Made by a program: the position numbers and the translations under genes
Notes under the pieces: model-generated
The model's input: the letters and a program-made list of their open reading frames with translations, nothing else
What the model was told of the DNA's origin: nothing
Databases searched by the model: none
Assembly: GCF_000689415.1 (NCBI RefSeq)
Contig: NZ_HG322950.1
Location: 1,978,769 to 2,002,768, forward strand
Length of the DNA stretch: 24,000 nt
Source: Pseudomonas knackmussii B13
GTDB taxonomy: Bacteria > Pseudomonadota > Gammaproteobacteria > Pseudomonadales > Pseudomonadaceae
Reading direction: 5' to 3'
Shown here: positions 1 through 10,574 of the stretch, in pieces
How positions within the stretch are numbered: the stretch's first letter is position 1
Layout: each line of letters begins with the position of its first letter

Positions 1-882
1 CGTGCCGGCTTCGACGTGCATTTCCTGCTGCGCAGCGAGTACGCCGCGGTAGCCGAAAACGGCCTGCGATTAAACAGCCAGGTGCATGGCGCCCTGGCGC
101 TGGAGTCAGTTCAGGCGTACCACGATGTCGCCGACATGCCACCCTGCGACTGGGTGCTGGTTGGCGCCAAGACCACCAGCAATGCCGAACTGGCCCCGAT
201 AATCGCCCGCGCGGCGGCGCCAGGTGCGAAGGTCCTGCTGCTGCAGAATGGCTTCGCGGTGGAAGAGGGCATGCGCGCGCTGCTGCCGGACTCGCTGCAC
301 CTGCTCGGCGGCCTTTGCTACATCTGCGTGCATCGATCGGCACCGGGTGTCGTCGAGCACCAGGCGCTGGGGGCGGTACACCTTGGCTATCACTCGGGGC
401 CTGCGGTCGATTCGGAGGCGCAACTGGCGATCGCTGAAGAGGGATCGGCGATGTTCCGCGCCGCCGGCCTGGATTCCAAGGCCATGCCGAACCTGGAGCA
501 AGCGCGCTGGCAGAAACTCGTCTGGAACATCCCCTACAACGGTCTTTCGGTGCTGCTCGATAGCGGCACCCGCGATCTCATGGCCAGCCCGGACAGTCGC
601 GCATTGATCGCCGCGATCATGGACGAGGTCATGCAGGGAGCCGCAGCTTGTGGCCATGAATTGCCTGCCGGCTATCCGGCGGCGATGCTCGACGCCACCG
701 AGCGCATGCCGGACTACCTGCCGAGCATGTACCACGATTTTGCCCAGCATCGTCCGCTGGAGCTGCAAGCCATTTATGGAGCGCCCTTGGCTGCCGCTGC
801 GCAGGCAGGCGCACAGCTGCCTCGCATCGAGTCATTGCTGGCTGCGCTACGTTTCCTGGATGCACGCAATCAGCAACGCTGA
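1..882 (+). CDS. 2-dehydropantoate 2-reductase family protein (ApbA/PanE-like), 5' truncated by the window edge
   Basis: Frame is open from base 1 (RAGFDVHFLLRSEY...), so the GTG at 16 is probably not the true start. Rossmann/ApbA-like features (GAKTTSNAEL, LLQNGF, KLVWNIPYNGLSVLLD). Stop TGA at 880-882. Confidence 0.8.
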   Translation, partial: RAGFDVHFLLRSEYAAVAENGLRLNSQVHGALALESVQAYHDVADMPPCDWVLVGAKTTSNAELAPIIARAAAPGAKVLLLQNGFAVEEGMRALLPDSLHLLGGLCYICVHRSAPGVVEHQALGAVHLGYHSGPAVDSEAQLAIAEEGSAMFRAAGLDSKAMPNLEQARWQKLVWNIPYNGLSVLLDSGTRDLMASPDSRALIAAIMDEVMQGAAACGHELPAGYPAAMLDATERMPDYLPSMYHDFAQHRPLELQAIYGAPLAAAAQAGAQLPRIESLLAALRFLDARNQQR

Positions 883-895
883 GGGAGAGACAAGC

Positions 896-1804
896 ATGGC
901 GGCAGGGCTGGGCGACAAGCTGGTGGTGGCGATTTCCTCGCGGGCATTGTTCGACCTGCGTGAAAGCCACGAGGTCTACGAGAACGATGGGGTTGAAGCC
1001 TACCGCCAGTACCAGATCTCCCATGAGGACGAGGTGCTGCAGCCTGGCGATGCGTTTTCGCTGGTGCAGAAGCTGCTGGCTCTGAATGCGCGGCTGGAGC
1101 GGCAACTGGTGGAGGTGGTGCTGGTCTCGCGCAACAGCGCAGATACCGGCCTGCGCGTGTTCAATTCCATCCAGCAGCACGGCCTGGAGATTTCCCGCGC
1201 GGCCTTCTCCGGCGGCAGCAGTCCCTATCTGTACCTCAAGGCCTTTGGCTGCCACCTGTTCCTCTCGACCCACGTAGAGGATGTGCGCGGCGCGCTGGAG
1301 AACGGCTTCGCTGCGGCGACCATCCTTTCTGGCGGTGCTCAGCGCGATGCGGCGGATGAATTGCGGTTCGCCTTCGATGGCGATGCCGTGCTGTTCTCCG
1401 ACGAGGCCGAGCGGGTGTTCCAGCAAGGCGGGCTGGAAGCCTTCCAGAACCGCGAGCGCGAATCCGCTCGCGAGCCCTTGGGCGGCGGCCCGTTCAAACC
1501 TTTCCTGGCCGCGCTGAACCGTGTGCAGCGCGCCTTCCCCCAGGCGTCCTGCCCGATCCGCACGGCGCTGGTTACCGCGCGCTCGGCGCCGGCTCACGAG
1601 CGGGTGATCCGCACCCTGCGCGAGTGGGATATTCGTCTCGACGAGTCGCTGTTCCTCGGCGGCCTGGACAAATCGGCCTTCCTCGAGGCGTTTTCCGCCG
1701 ATGTGTTCTTCGACGACCAGCCGGGGCATTGCGAGCGTGCCAGCAAGGTCGTCGCGACTGGCCATGTGCCGCACGGGGTAAGCAACGAGAAAGTTGCCAA
1801 CTGA
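896..1804 (+). CDS. 5'-nucleotidase family protein (cytosolic 5'-nucleotidase-like)
   Basis: ATG at 896 after GGGAGAGA; 302 aa, MAAGLGDKLVVAISSRALFDLRESHEVYENDGVEAYRQYQ... with FDGDAVLFSDEAE and VFFDDQPGHCERA typical of this HAD-like family. The ORF-track start at 650 overlaps the upstream gene. Confidence 0.75.
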   Translation: MAAGLGDKLVVAISSRALFDLRESHEVYENDGVEAYRQYQISHEDEVLQPGDAFSLVQKLLALNARLERQLVEVVLVSRNSADTGLRVFNSIQQHGLEISRAAFSGGSSPYLYLKAFGCHLFLSTHVEDVRGALENGFAAATILSGGAQRDAADELRFAFDGDAVLFSDEAERVFQQGGLEAFQNRERESAREPLGGGPFKPFLAALNRVQRAFPQASCPIRTALVTARSAPAHERVIRTLREWDIRLDESLFLGGLDKSAFLEAFSADVFFDDQPGHCERASKVVATGHVPHGVSNEKVAN

Positions 1805-1887
1805 AGCCGGCGGCGCGCCGTCGGTGGTCTTCTCCAGTTGCTGCTACGCTGCTCTAAGGCCCGCCGTTCCAGGCAGTGGGAGGCCGC

Positions 1888-2373
1888 ATGATCCGCTCCA
1901 TTCTCTATGCCACCGATCTTGGTCTTTACGCGCCTTACGTCCTGCAACACGCCTTGTCGCTGACTCGCGCTTATTCGGCTGAACTCTATGTAGTACATGC
2001 GGTAGAGCCGATGGGGCTGTTCGCCGATTCGGTGCTGCAGACCTATCTGGATAGCGAAACCCTGGCCGAGCTGCGCGCTTCGGGGATGCAGACGGTGATG
2101 GGCAATATCGAGAAGCGGGTGATGGAAGGCTTTCGCGATGAACTGGGCGAGCTGCAGCCGGACGCAGGGCTGATCCGCTCGGTGCGCGTGATGCTGGGCG
2201 ACCCGCCCATGGTGATCCTCGAAGAGGCGCAGCGCCTGGGTGTGGACCTGATCGTCGCGGGCAGCCACAGCCACGGAGACGGGCTCAATACGCCCCTGGG
2301 GCGAACCGCCGCGCGCGTGGTGCAACTGGCCGAGGTGCCGGTGTACCTGGTGCCGATGCTCCAGCATCGTTGA
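1888..2373 (+). CDS. Universal stress protein (UspA) family
   Basis: ATG 1888 preceded by GTGGGAGG. MIRSILYATDLGLYAPYVLQHALSLTRAY...DLIVAGSHSHGDGLNTPLGRTAARVVQLAEVPVYLVPM matches the USP fold and nucleotide-binding G-x(n)-S/T pattern. Confidence 0.88.
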   Translation: MIRSILYATDLGLYAPYVLQHALSLTRAYSAELYVVHAVEPMGLFADSVLQTYLDSETLAELRASGMQTVMGNIEKRVMEGFRDELGELQPDAGLIRSVRVMLGDPPMVILEEAQRLGVDLIVAGSHSHGDGLNTPLGRTAARVVQLAEVPVYLVPMLQHR

Positions 2374-2502
2374 GTACGACGAGCGGCGCAGTGGCACGCA
2401 GCCGCTCTGCAATGGAGCTTCGCGCGATTCTGCAGGGAAACGGACGGGGACTTTGGACGAGTGGTAGGCAGGTTCCCAAAAAACGTCTAACTTTATTCCC
2501 TA

Positions 2503-3546
<1,044 letters not shown>

Positions 3547-3568
3547 GCCTGAATATCGAAAACGAAAA

Positions 3569-3592
3569 CGCCCGGCATTGCCGGGCGCTTTC
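3569..3592 (+). terminator. Rho-independent-like terminator downstream of cysB
   Basis: CGCCCGGC-ATT-GCCGGGCG (3569-3576/3580-3587) followed by CTTTC; located between convergent genes. Confidence 0.75.
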
Positions 3593-3602
3593 ATTTGGGC
3601 GA

Positions 3603-4256
3603 TCAGTCTCGTACCCAACCTCGCGCTATGGCGGGTGCCAGGCAGCGCCGATACAGATTCTCCGCCTGCTGTGTGAGGGGCGCGCCGTGACGTTGCCAGA
3701 GCACCCAGACCAGGCTGTTGCCGACGGCCGATACGGCCAGGGCGCCGAGCATGTCGAGCGGGAAGTGGATGCCCAGGTAGACCCGTGCATATCCGACCGC
3801 CAGGCCAACCAGCCCAAGCGCTGCGCCCAGCAGGTAGGCATCGTCGAACAGTAGGCTCAGGGCCACGCTGGCGAAGATGGTGAGGTGGTCACTGGGGAAG
3901 GAGGCATTGTCCGCATGCTGCAGCCAGGCGTGCCCCAGGCCGATGGCGAAGGGGCGTGGATGCGGCCAGAGAGCGCCGATCAGGAATCCCATCAGCAGGG
4001 CAACGACGGTGACCGAAAGCGCTCGCAGCAGAGCACCGCGCTTTGCGCGGTCTCCCCAGCACCAGAGGCCAAGCAGGAGCGGCGGCAACAGGAAGAGCGG
4101 CACCGTCGCCACGAAACGGGCGCAGCCCAGCAGCCAGGTCGGCGTGTCGGGGCCGGCGTTGATAGCCAGGAAGACCTGGTGGTTGAGGTGCTCCAGCAGG
4201 CTGGACGAGGACACGAGGTGAGGGCTTTGCATGAAGAGTCGGAACCGCTTGAGCAA
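3603..4256 (-). CDS. PAP2-superfamily membrane phosphatase (undecaprenyl-diphosphatase-like)
   Basis: Hydrophobic segments plus PAP2 motifs PHPRPF, FPSDH and ARVYLGIHFPLD. Internal ATG at 4232 is an alternative start. Confidence 0.82.
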   Translation of the reverse strand: MLKRFRLFMQSPHLVSSSSLLEHLNHQVFLAINAGPDTPTWLLGCARFVATVPLFLLPPLLLGLWCWGDRAKRGALLRALSVTVVALLMGFLIGALWPHPRPFAIGLGHAWLQHADNASFPSDHLTIFASVALSLLFDDAYLLGAALGLVGLAVGYARVYLGIHFPLDMLGALAVSAVGNSLVWVLWQRHGAPLTQQAENLYRRCLAPAIARGWVRD

Positions 4257-4349
4257 CGGGGCTCGTGGCGAGCCCGCACGGCCGCACTCTAAGGGGCGAA
4301 GAATGAACGCGGCATTAACCGGCGGTGAAAAAAATGTCGCGAGAAGGCG

Positions 4350-4694
4350 TCAGAGGTGATCGAGGTCGTTCCGTGCGGCCAGTTCGGCCAGCACCTCGGG
4401 GTCGTCCGCAGGGGCGGGGCCACGGCCTTCGAGAATCTCGTGGAGGAAGCTCATGAACACCGTGAAGACCTGCTCGCGACCGTCGTCATGGCGCACCACG
4501 AAGAAGGGGGCGGTTTCCACGCCATACTGCGCGGCGACCATCCAGCCGCTGCTGGACGGATTGCGCTCGTCGGCGACCAGCACGCGATCGATGCGATCGA
4601 GATAGCCGCCGCGCTCCAGGCGCTGCTGGACGTCCTTGCATTTGCCGCAGTCCTCGCCATCGGCGAGGACCTTCTTCACCAGGGTGATACGCAT
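4350..4694 (-). CDS. Thioredoxin/glutaredoxin-like small protein with CGKC motif
   Basis: 114 aa, MRITLVKKVLADGEDCGKCKDVQQRLERGGYLDRI...GVETAPFFVV; CxxC near the N-terminus and a cis-Pro-like TAPFF motif. Confidence 0.75.
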   Translation of the reverse strand: MRITLVKKVLADGEDCGKCKDVQQRLERGGYLDRIDRVLVADERNPSSSGWMVAAQYGVETAPFFVVRHDDGREQVFTVFMSFLHEILEGRGPAPADDPEVLAELAARNDLDHL

Positions 4695-4755
4695 CGATCT
4701 ACCTCGTCTGCTGTCCCGGTAGAGCAGGGCGCAGGTGCAAACCTGCGGCCCATCT

Positions 4756-5490
4756 TCAGCCCTTGCTGATCAGGTTGCCGGCGTGCAGCCCGCATTCCTT
4801 CTGGGTGGCTTCTTCCCACCACCAGCGGCCTTCGCGCTCGTGCTGGTTCGGCAGCACCGGACGGGTGCAGGGCTCGCAGCCGATGCTGATGAAGCCGCGC
4901 TCGTGCAGGCTGTTGTAGGGAATCTCCAGCATGCGGATGTAGGCCCAGACTTCCTCGCTGCTCATGTTGGCCAGCGGGTTGAACTTGTATAGCGGTTTCT
5001 CCGGGGTGGAGAAGGCGCCATCCAGCTCGACCACCGCGACCTGGCTGCGGGTGCCGGGGCTCTGGTCCTTGCGCTGGCCGGTGGCCCAGGCGGTTACGGT
5101 GGAGAGCTTGCGACGCAGCGGCTCGATCTTGCGGATGCCGCAGCATTCTCCGTGGCCATCCTTGTAGAAACTGAACAGGCCTTTCTCTTTAACGAAGGGT
5201 TCCAGAAGACGCGGATCGGGCGTCATCACCTCGATGGCGATGCCGTAGTGCTCGCGCACCTGCTCGATGAATCGGTAGGTCTCCGGGTGCAGACGGCCGG
5301 TGTCCAGGCTGAACACCTTGACGTTCTTGTTGATCTTCCAGGCCATGTCCAGCAGCACCACGTCCTCGGCACCGCTGAAGGAGATCCACAGGTCGTCGCC
5401 GAAGTGCTCGAAAGCGAACTTGAGGATGTCCTGGGGGGACTTGCTGGCGTAAGTCGCGGCGACTTCCGCTACATCGAAGGGGTGGCTCAT
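4756..5490 (-). CDS. cysH: Phosphoadenylyl/adenylyl-sulfate reductase (iron-sulfur CysH type)
   Basis: [52 protein letters not shown]...CCGIRK...[24 protein letters not shown]...KECGLH; paired cysteines (CC and CEPC, ECGLH) indicate the [4Fe-4S] type. Start set at MSHPF (5490), ORF track extends to 5547. Confidence 0.95.
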   Translation of the reverse strand: MSHPFDVAEVAATYASKSPQDILKFAFEHFGDDLWISFSGAEDVVLLDMAWKINKNVKVFSLDTGRLHPETYRFIEQVREHYGIAIEVMTPDPRLLEPFVKEKGLFSFYKDGHGECCGIRKIEPLRRKLSTVTAWATGQRKDQSPGTRSQVAVVELDGAFSTPEKPLYKFNPLANMSSEEVWAYIRMLEIPYNSLHERGFISIGCEPCTRPVLPNQHEREGRWWWEEATQKECGLHAGNLISKG

Positions 5491-5561
5491 CAGGCGGCTT
5501 CCAGTTGTTCTTGCGCGGTGCGCTGTAGTGGCCGCCGATCTTAGCAAAGAGGCGGATATGC

Positions 5562-5575
5562 CCCTAAATAACCAT
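5562..5575. promoter_or_regulatory. Candidate CysB-type element upstream of cysH (CCCTAAATAACCAT)
   Basis: Shares CCCTAAA and the octamer ATAACCAT with the cysB upstream region (there at 2498-2504 and, on the minus strand, 2513-2520). Confidence 0.35.
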
Positions 5576-5678
5576 CAGGAAGGGTGACTGCATTGTTTGG
5601 GTATAAGGGCCGCGTTGCGCCGGCTCGGGCGAGCCGCTAGAGTGCCGCCTTCTGTCAAATCCTGCGGGGAAAACGTTC

Positions 5679-6296
5679 GTGGAAATCGCCTGTCTCGACC
5701 TGGAAGGGGTTCTGGTTCCGGAAATCTGGATCGCCTTCGCTGAAAAAACCGGTATCGATGCGCTGAAGGCGACGACCCGCGACATTCCCGACTACGACGT
5801 GCTGATGAAGCAGCGCCTGCGCATCCTCGACGAGCACGGCCTGAAGCTGTCCGACATCCAGGAAGTGATCGCCACCCTCAAGCCGCTGGAAGGCGCGGTG
5901 GAGTTCGTCGACTGGCTGCGCGAGCGCTTCCAGGTGGTGATCCTCTCCGACACCTTCTATGAGTTCTCCCAGCCGCTGATGCGCCAGCTCGGTTTCCCGA
6001 CCCTGCTGTGCCACAAGCTGGTCACCGACGAGACCGATCGCGTGGTGGGCTACCAACTGCGCCAGAAAGATCCCAAGCGTCAGTCGGTGATCGCCCTCAA
6101 GAGCCTGTACTACCGTGTGATCGCCGCCGGCGACTCGTACAACGACACCACCATGCTCAGCGAAGCCCATGCCGGCATCCTGTTCCATGCGCCGGAGAAC
6201 GTGATCCGCGAGTTCCCGCAGTTCCCGGCGGTGCACACCTACGAGGACCTGAAGCAGGAATTCCTCAAGGCGTCGAACCGCGAGCTCAGCCTGTAA
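5679..6296 (+). CDS. thrH: Phosphoserine phosphatase / homoserine phosphotransferase ThrH (HAD family)
   Basis: 205 aa from GTG 5679: MEIACLDLEGVLVPEIWIAFAEKTGIDALKATTRDIPDYDVLM...VILSDTFYEFSQPLM...AAGDSYNDTTML matches ThrH. Confidence 0.93.
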   Translation: MEIACLDLEGVLVPEIWIAFAEKTGIDALKATTRDIPDYDVLMKQRLRILDEHGLKLSDIQEVIATLKPLEGAVEFVDWLRERFQVVILSDTFYEFSQPLMRQLGFPTLLCHKLVTDETDRVVGYQLRQKDPKRQSVIALKSLYYRVIAAGDSYNDTTMLSEAHAGILFHAPENVIREFPQFPAVHTYEDLKQEFLKASNRELSL

Positions 6297-6318
6297 TTTC
6301 GGCTGTGTAAACGAAAAT

Positions 6319-6341
6319 GGCCCGCTGACGCGGGCCTTTTT
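6319..6341. terminator. Terminator between convergent thrH and pabB
   Basis: GGCCCGC-TGAC-GCGGGCC (6319-6325/6330-6336) followed by TTTTT and preceded by AAAA. Confidence 0.82.
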
Positions 6342-6353
6342 CATGCGTGGGAT

Positions 6354-7697
6354 TTACAGCTGCTCCAGGGTTCGCAGCAGCACATCGACCTTGGTCAGCG
6401 ATTCCTCGTACTCGGCTTCCCAGTTCGAGTCGGCAACGATGCCGCCGCCGCCCCAGCAACTGGCCTGGCCGTCTTTCACCAGCACAGTGCGGATGGTGAT
6501 GGAGCTGTCCAACTCGCCGCGCACGTCGAGGTAGAACAGGCTGCCGCAGTAGATGTTGCGGCGAGTCGGTTCCAGCTCGTCGATGATCTGCATGGCGCGG
6601 ATCTTCGGCGCACCGGTGATGGAGCCGCCGGGGAAGCTGCCGAGCAGCAGGTCGAGGGCGTCCTTGTCCGGCGCCAGTTCGCCGGTGACGCTACTGACCA
6701 GGTGGTGCACGTTGGGGTAGCTCTCCAGGGCGAACAGCTCCGGCACTCGCACACTGCCTGGCGTGCAGCTGCGCCCCAGGTCGTTGCGCAGCAGGTCGAC
6801 GATCATCAGGTTCTCCGCGCGGTCCTTCTCGCTGGCCAGCAGCGCTTCGGCGTTCGCTGCGTCCTCTTCCGGCGTGCGCCCGCGGGGGCGGGTGCCCTTG
6901 ATCGGGCGGGTCTCCACCTGGCGCTTGTGCATCTGGATGAAGCGTTCCGGCGACAGGCTGAGGATCGCGCCTTCTTCCAGCGCCAGGTAGCCGGCGAAGG
7001 GTGTCGGGCAGGCCTGGCGCAGCGCCTGATAGGCCAGCCACGGCGAGCCGCTGCAGGGGGCTTGGAAACGCTGGGTGTAGTTCACCTGGTAACAGTCGCC
7101 GGCAAGGATGTAGCCCTGTACGCGCTCCAGCGCTTCGCGGTACTGCGCCTTTTCCAGGTCCGGGCGGAAGCCGCGTTGCAGGCGGAAGGGCTCTTCCGCG
7201 TGTGCCGGCTCGCCGCTTTCGAACAGCGCCATCAAGCGCTGGCGCTCGTCCTGACCCAGATGCGGATGAAACACCAGCTGGCTCGTGCGCTGCTGGTGGT
7301 CGCTAATTAGCGCCCAGGTGTACAGACCGACACGCGCCTCGGGTAGACCCAGGTCGTCGGCGCTGCATTGCGGCAGCCGTTCGATGCGCCGGCCGAAGTC
7401 ATAACTCAGATAGCCGATCACTCCCCCGACGAATGGCAGATCCGGAATTTCGGCCGGTTGCAGATTGCCGAGGCTCTGCAAGGCGTCTCGCAGGCGATCG
7501 AAGAAATCCTTGGCCGATTCGTCAGTGCCTGGCGCCAGTTCTGCCAATGGCCAGGCGCTCATAAGGTCATAGCGTCCACGTGTGGCCACTGGCCTGCCTG
7601 CATCAAGCAGGACGGCGCCTGGAGCCCGACTGATGCGCGTGAAATACGCGGCAGGATCTTCCCGATAGGGCAGAGGGTGTACGAGGTAATGGGACAT
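6354..7697 (-). CDS. pabB: Aminodeoxychorismate synthase component I
   Basis: 447 aa with conserved chorismate-binding motifs: GDCYQVNYTQRF, PERFIQ, VETRPIKGTRPRG, AENLMIVDLLRNDLGR, FPGGSITGAPKIRAMQIIDELEPTRRNIYCGSLFY, GGGIVADSNWEAEYEE. Confidence 0.96.
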   Translation of the reverse strand: MSHYLVHPLPYREDPAAYFTRISRAPGAVLLDAGRPVATRGRYDLMSAWPLAELAPGTDESAKDFFDRLRDALQSLGNLQPAEIPDLPFVGGVIGYLSYDFGRRIERLPQCSADDLGLPEARVGLYTWALISDHQQRTSQLVFHPHLGQDERQRLMALFESGEPAHAEEPFRLQRGFRPDLEKAQYREALERVQGYILAGDCYQVNYTQRFQAPCSGSPWLAYQALRQACPTPFAGYLALEEGAILSLSPERFIQMHKRQVETRPIKGTRPRGRTPEEDAANAEALLASEKDRAENLMIVDLLRNDLGRSCTPGSVRVPELFALESYPNVHHLVSSVTGELAPDKDALDLLLGSFPGGSITGAPKIRAMQIIDELEPTRRNIYCGSLFYLDVRGELDSSITIRTVLVKDGQASCWGGGGIVADSNWEAEYEESLTKVDVLLRTLEQL

Positions 7698-7861
7698 AGG
7701 TGGGGTGAGGGCGCTCCAAGCAGGGGCTGCTGCTTGTCTGAAAAGTCCGATGCTAGAGCCGTTTCCTCGGTTTACGTAGGAAAGGCATTCTGATAAGAAT
7801 TGGATTATCCCGCGGAAGCCATGCTCCGTACCACAACGATAATGAAACAGGGATATAGGCC

Positions 7862-10573
7862 GTGGACGTCGTGTTCAAAACCGCAGCCGGCAGCCTTTCG
7901 CGTCATCAGTCTTCGCTCCCCCAGGTGCCTGCCGATCATCTGTACCTTCCCCAGGTCCAGTCCGCACTGGATCGTTCCAAGCATTTCCGAGTCCTGCTGT
8001 TCTCTGCGCCTGCCGGTTTCGGCAAGAGTGCCGCTTTGGCGTCGCTTGCAGCTCAGCGTGAGGAACGCGGCCACCACGTGGTGTGGATTTCCCTCGAGAG
8101 TGCCGACGACGACCCGGTGCGCTTCTGCACCCGGCTGACCGAGTCGCTCGCCGCCGCCTTGCCCGGCGTCGGCGCCGATGCCCAGAGCTACCTGCAGAAC
8201 ACCCTGCGTGTGCCGGTCGTCGCAGTCATGGAAAGCCTGCTGATGGACCTGGCGCGTTGCGAGCAGCCGGTCCTGCTGGTGCTGGATGACTTCGATCGCA
8301 TTGGCCACGAAGAAATCCTCGGTGGCCTCAACCGCCTGGTGCAGTACGCCCCGCCAGCCTTCACCCTGGCCATCGGCAGCCGTTCGCTGCCGCCGCTCAG
8401 CCTGGCCACCTGGCGCGCCAAGGGTCTGTTGCTGGAAGTCGGCCTCGAAGAGCTGCGCCTGAGCGAAGAACAGACCCGCGACTACTTCCGCCGCAGCGGT
8501 CTTGAACTGGCCGACGAATGCCTGCGCGCGCTGTACACGCAGACCGAGGGTTGGGTGATCGGGGTACACCTGGTGAGCCTGTGGCTGCGTCAGCAACCCA
8601 GCGGCACGCCCCTGAACCTCGAGGCCCTGCGCGGTGACCAGGCGGCGGTCGGTGGTTATCTACTGCGCGCGGTCTTCGAGCGCCTACCCGACGACATCCG
8701 TAGCATCCTGCTGTCTCTGAGCGTGGCCAGTCGCCTGAACGGCGACCTGGCCAATGCCCTGACTGGTCGCCAGGACGGCCAGGCCCTGCTGGAGCGCCTG
8801 GACAGCCTGCAACTCTTCCTCCTGCCGCTGGACCGCGAGCGCCAGTGGTACCGCTTCCACCAGCTGTTCGCCGACTTCCTCCGCGCGCACCTGCGCGATC
8901 GCGAGCCGGAACGCTTCAAGCAGCTGCACTTCAACGCGAGCCTGTGGTTTACCAACCACCACATGCCGACCCTGGCGATCGAACACGCCTGCCTGGCCGA
9001 AGACCCGGAAATGCTAGCCGCGCTGGTCGATGGCTACGGTCTGGAGCTGATCAACCGCGGCCAGCTGTACCTGATCTCGCGCTGGCGCCGGCACGTGCCG
9101 GACGAGATCGCCGCGCGCTATCCGATCCTGGTGCTCAGCGATGTCTGGACCCGCGCCACCGAGCTCAGCCTCGCCGAAGCCAATCGCATGCTCGACGAGC
9201 TGCTGGCGCGCTGGAGCGACGGCAAGCCGCAGTCGCCCATGGGCGACCAATACCTGTCGGCGCTGGCGGTGAAGGCCGTGCTGGCGCTGCAGAAGGACGA
9301 TCTCGAACAGTGCATCGCCCTGGCGCGCCGGGTGGAGAGCCAGCTGGGGCAGAACTCGGCGTTCCTCGAGTGCGCCATCCTGCTGGTCGCCGCCTTCGCC
9401 CAGGTCATGCATGGCCAGGCCGAGCAGGCGCGGCGCCTGATGGGGCTGGCGCAGCAGCGCAATCATTTCCTCGACGGCCGCTACCTGCACATGCAGCTGT
9501 CCACCATCGAGGTGATGCTGGCGCTGGAGCAAGGCCACGTGAAGCAGGCGCAGCTGCTGGTCGATCGCGTCCGCGAGCAGGCGGTGCCGCTGTTCGACCG
9601 GCGCTCCCAGGCCCTGGCCCTGCCGGCGATCACCGAGAGCCTGACGGCCTACTACCGCATGGAGCTCGATGGCCTGGAGGCCCGCCTGCGTTGGGCGTTG
9701 GGGCGGGTCGACGTGATCAACCCCATCGATCTGTACGCCCAGGGCGTGCAGTGCCTGGCGCGCATCCAGCGCCTGCAGGGGCGCAGCAAGGAGGCCCTGG
9801 CGACCCTCGGCCTGATGCAGGCGCTGGCGTCGCGCAACCACTCCTGGCGCATCTTCGCCATGGCGGTGGGGGAGGAGATCAACCTGATTCTCCAGGAGCC
9901 GGCCGCCGACCGCTGCAAGCGCGCCGAGCAGCGCCTCAACGGCATCGATTGGCAGAAGCTCGCTGCTTCGTATCGCCAGGGCCCGTTCAACCCGGTGCTC
10001 TGGGTACGCGGCATCAGCCGGGTGCGCCTGCTGCAGGCGCGCGGCCATTTCAGCGAAGCGCTGCACGAGATCACCCAACTGCGCGCGCTGCTGCAACCCG
10101 GCTGGCACGGTCTGCAGCGCCTGCGCCTGGACCTGCTGGCGGCGCTCAGCTACCAGCGCCTGGGCTACCAGGAGCGCGCCAACAGTCTGCTCGGTCAATG
10201 CCTGATCGGCGCCGAGCGCGAAGGGGTGCGTAGCCTCTTCATCGAGGAGGGCGAGGGCATCCGCCTGCTCCTCCAGCAACTCGAGTCCACCGAACGCCAG
10301 CCGGCGCTGCAGGTCTTCATCCGCGGCCTGTTGTCCGCCTGGCCAGGACAGGAAATACGCAAGGCACAGGACGTGCTCGAGGAAGGGCTGACCGACCGCG
10401 AGCGGGAAGTGGTGTGTCTGGCTGCCCAGGGACTCTCCAACGAGGAGATCGGCCAGAAGCTGTCGCTGGCCCTGGGAACCGTCAAATGGCACCTGCACAA
10501 CATCTACGAGAAGCTCAAGGTGCGTAATCGGACCCAAGCGATCCGCCGTGCCCGCGAGCTGAGCCTGCTCTGA
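7862..10573 (+). CDS. MalT-type LuxR family transcriptional regulator (STAND NTPase + TPR-like region + C-terminal HTH), copy 1
   Basis: 903 aa; Walker A SAPAGFGKS, Walker B-like VLLVLDDFDRI, TEGWVIGVHL, C-terminal LTDREREVVCLAAQGLSNEEIGQKLSLALGTVKWHLHNIYEKLKVRNRTQAIRRARELSLL. Start GTG 7862 (alternative GTG 7871). Confidence 0.92.
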   Translation: MDVVFKTAAGSLSRHQSSLPQVPADHLYLPQVQSALDRSKHFRVLLFSAPAGFGKSAALASLAAQREERGHHVVWISLESADDDPVRFCTRLTESLAAALPGVGADAQSYLQNTLRVPVVAVMESLLMDLARCEQPVLLVLDDFDRIGHEEILGGLNRLVQYAPPAFTLAIGSRSLPPLSLATWRAKGLLLEVGLEELRLSEEQTRDYFRRSGLELADECLRALYTQTEGWVIGVHLVSLWLRQQPSGTPLNLEALRGDQAAVGGYLLRAVFERLPDDIRSILLSLSVASRLNGDLANALTGRQDGQALLERLDSLQLFLLPLDRERQWYRFHQLFADFLRAHLRDREPERFKQLHFNASLWFTNHHMPTLAIEHACLAEDPEMLAALVDGYGLELINRGQLYLISRWRRHVPDEIAARYPILVLSDVWTRATELSLAEANRMLDELLARWSDGKPQSPMGDQYLSALAVKAVLALQKDDLEQCIALARRVESQLGQNSAFLECAILLVAAFAQVMHGQAEQARRLMGLAQQRNHFLDGRYLHMQLSTIEVMLALEQGHVKQAQLLVDRVREQAVPLFDRRSQALALPAITESLTAYYRMELDGLEARLRWALGRVDVINPIDLYAQGVQCLARIQRLQGRSKEALATLGLMQALASRNHSWRIFAMAVGEEINLILQEPAADRCKRAEQRLNGIDWQKLAASYRQGPFNPVLWVRGISRVRLLQARGHFSEALHEITQLRALLQPGWHGLQRLRLDLLAALSYQRLGYQERANSLLGQCLIGAEREGVRSLFIEEGEGIRLLLQQLESTERQPALQVFIRGLLSAWPGQEIRKAQDVLEEGLTDREREVVCLAAQGLSNEEIGQKLSLALGTVKWHLHNIYEKLKVRNRTQAIRRARELSLL

Positions 10574-10574
10574 C

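Noticed and set aside
629-1774. 381-aa minus-strand open frame opposite the 5'-nucleotidase-family gene
   Set aside because: Shadow ORF; sense-strand gene has a proper RBS and family-like sequence.
2392-2410. TGGCAC-like string considered as a sigma-54 promoter upstream of cysB
   Set aside because: The -12 element (TTGC) is absent at the required spacing.
8845-10233. 462-aa alternative plus-strand frame inside the first regulator
   Set aside because: Arg/Pro/Gly-rich out-of-frame translation of GC-rich coding DNA.
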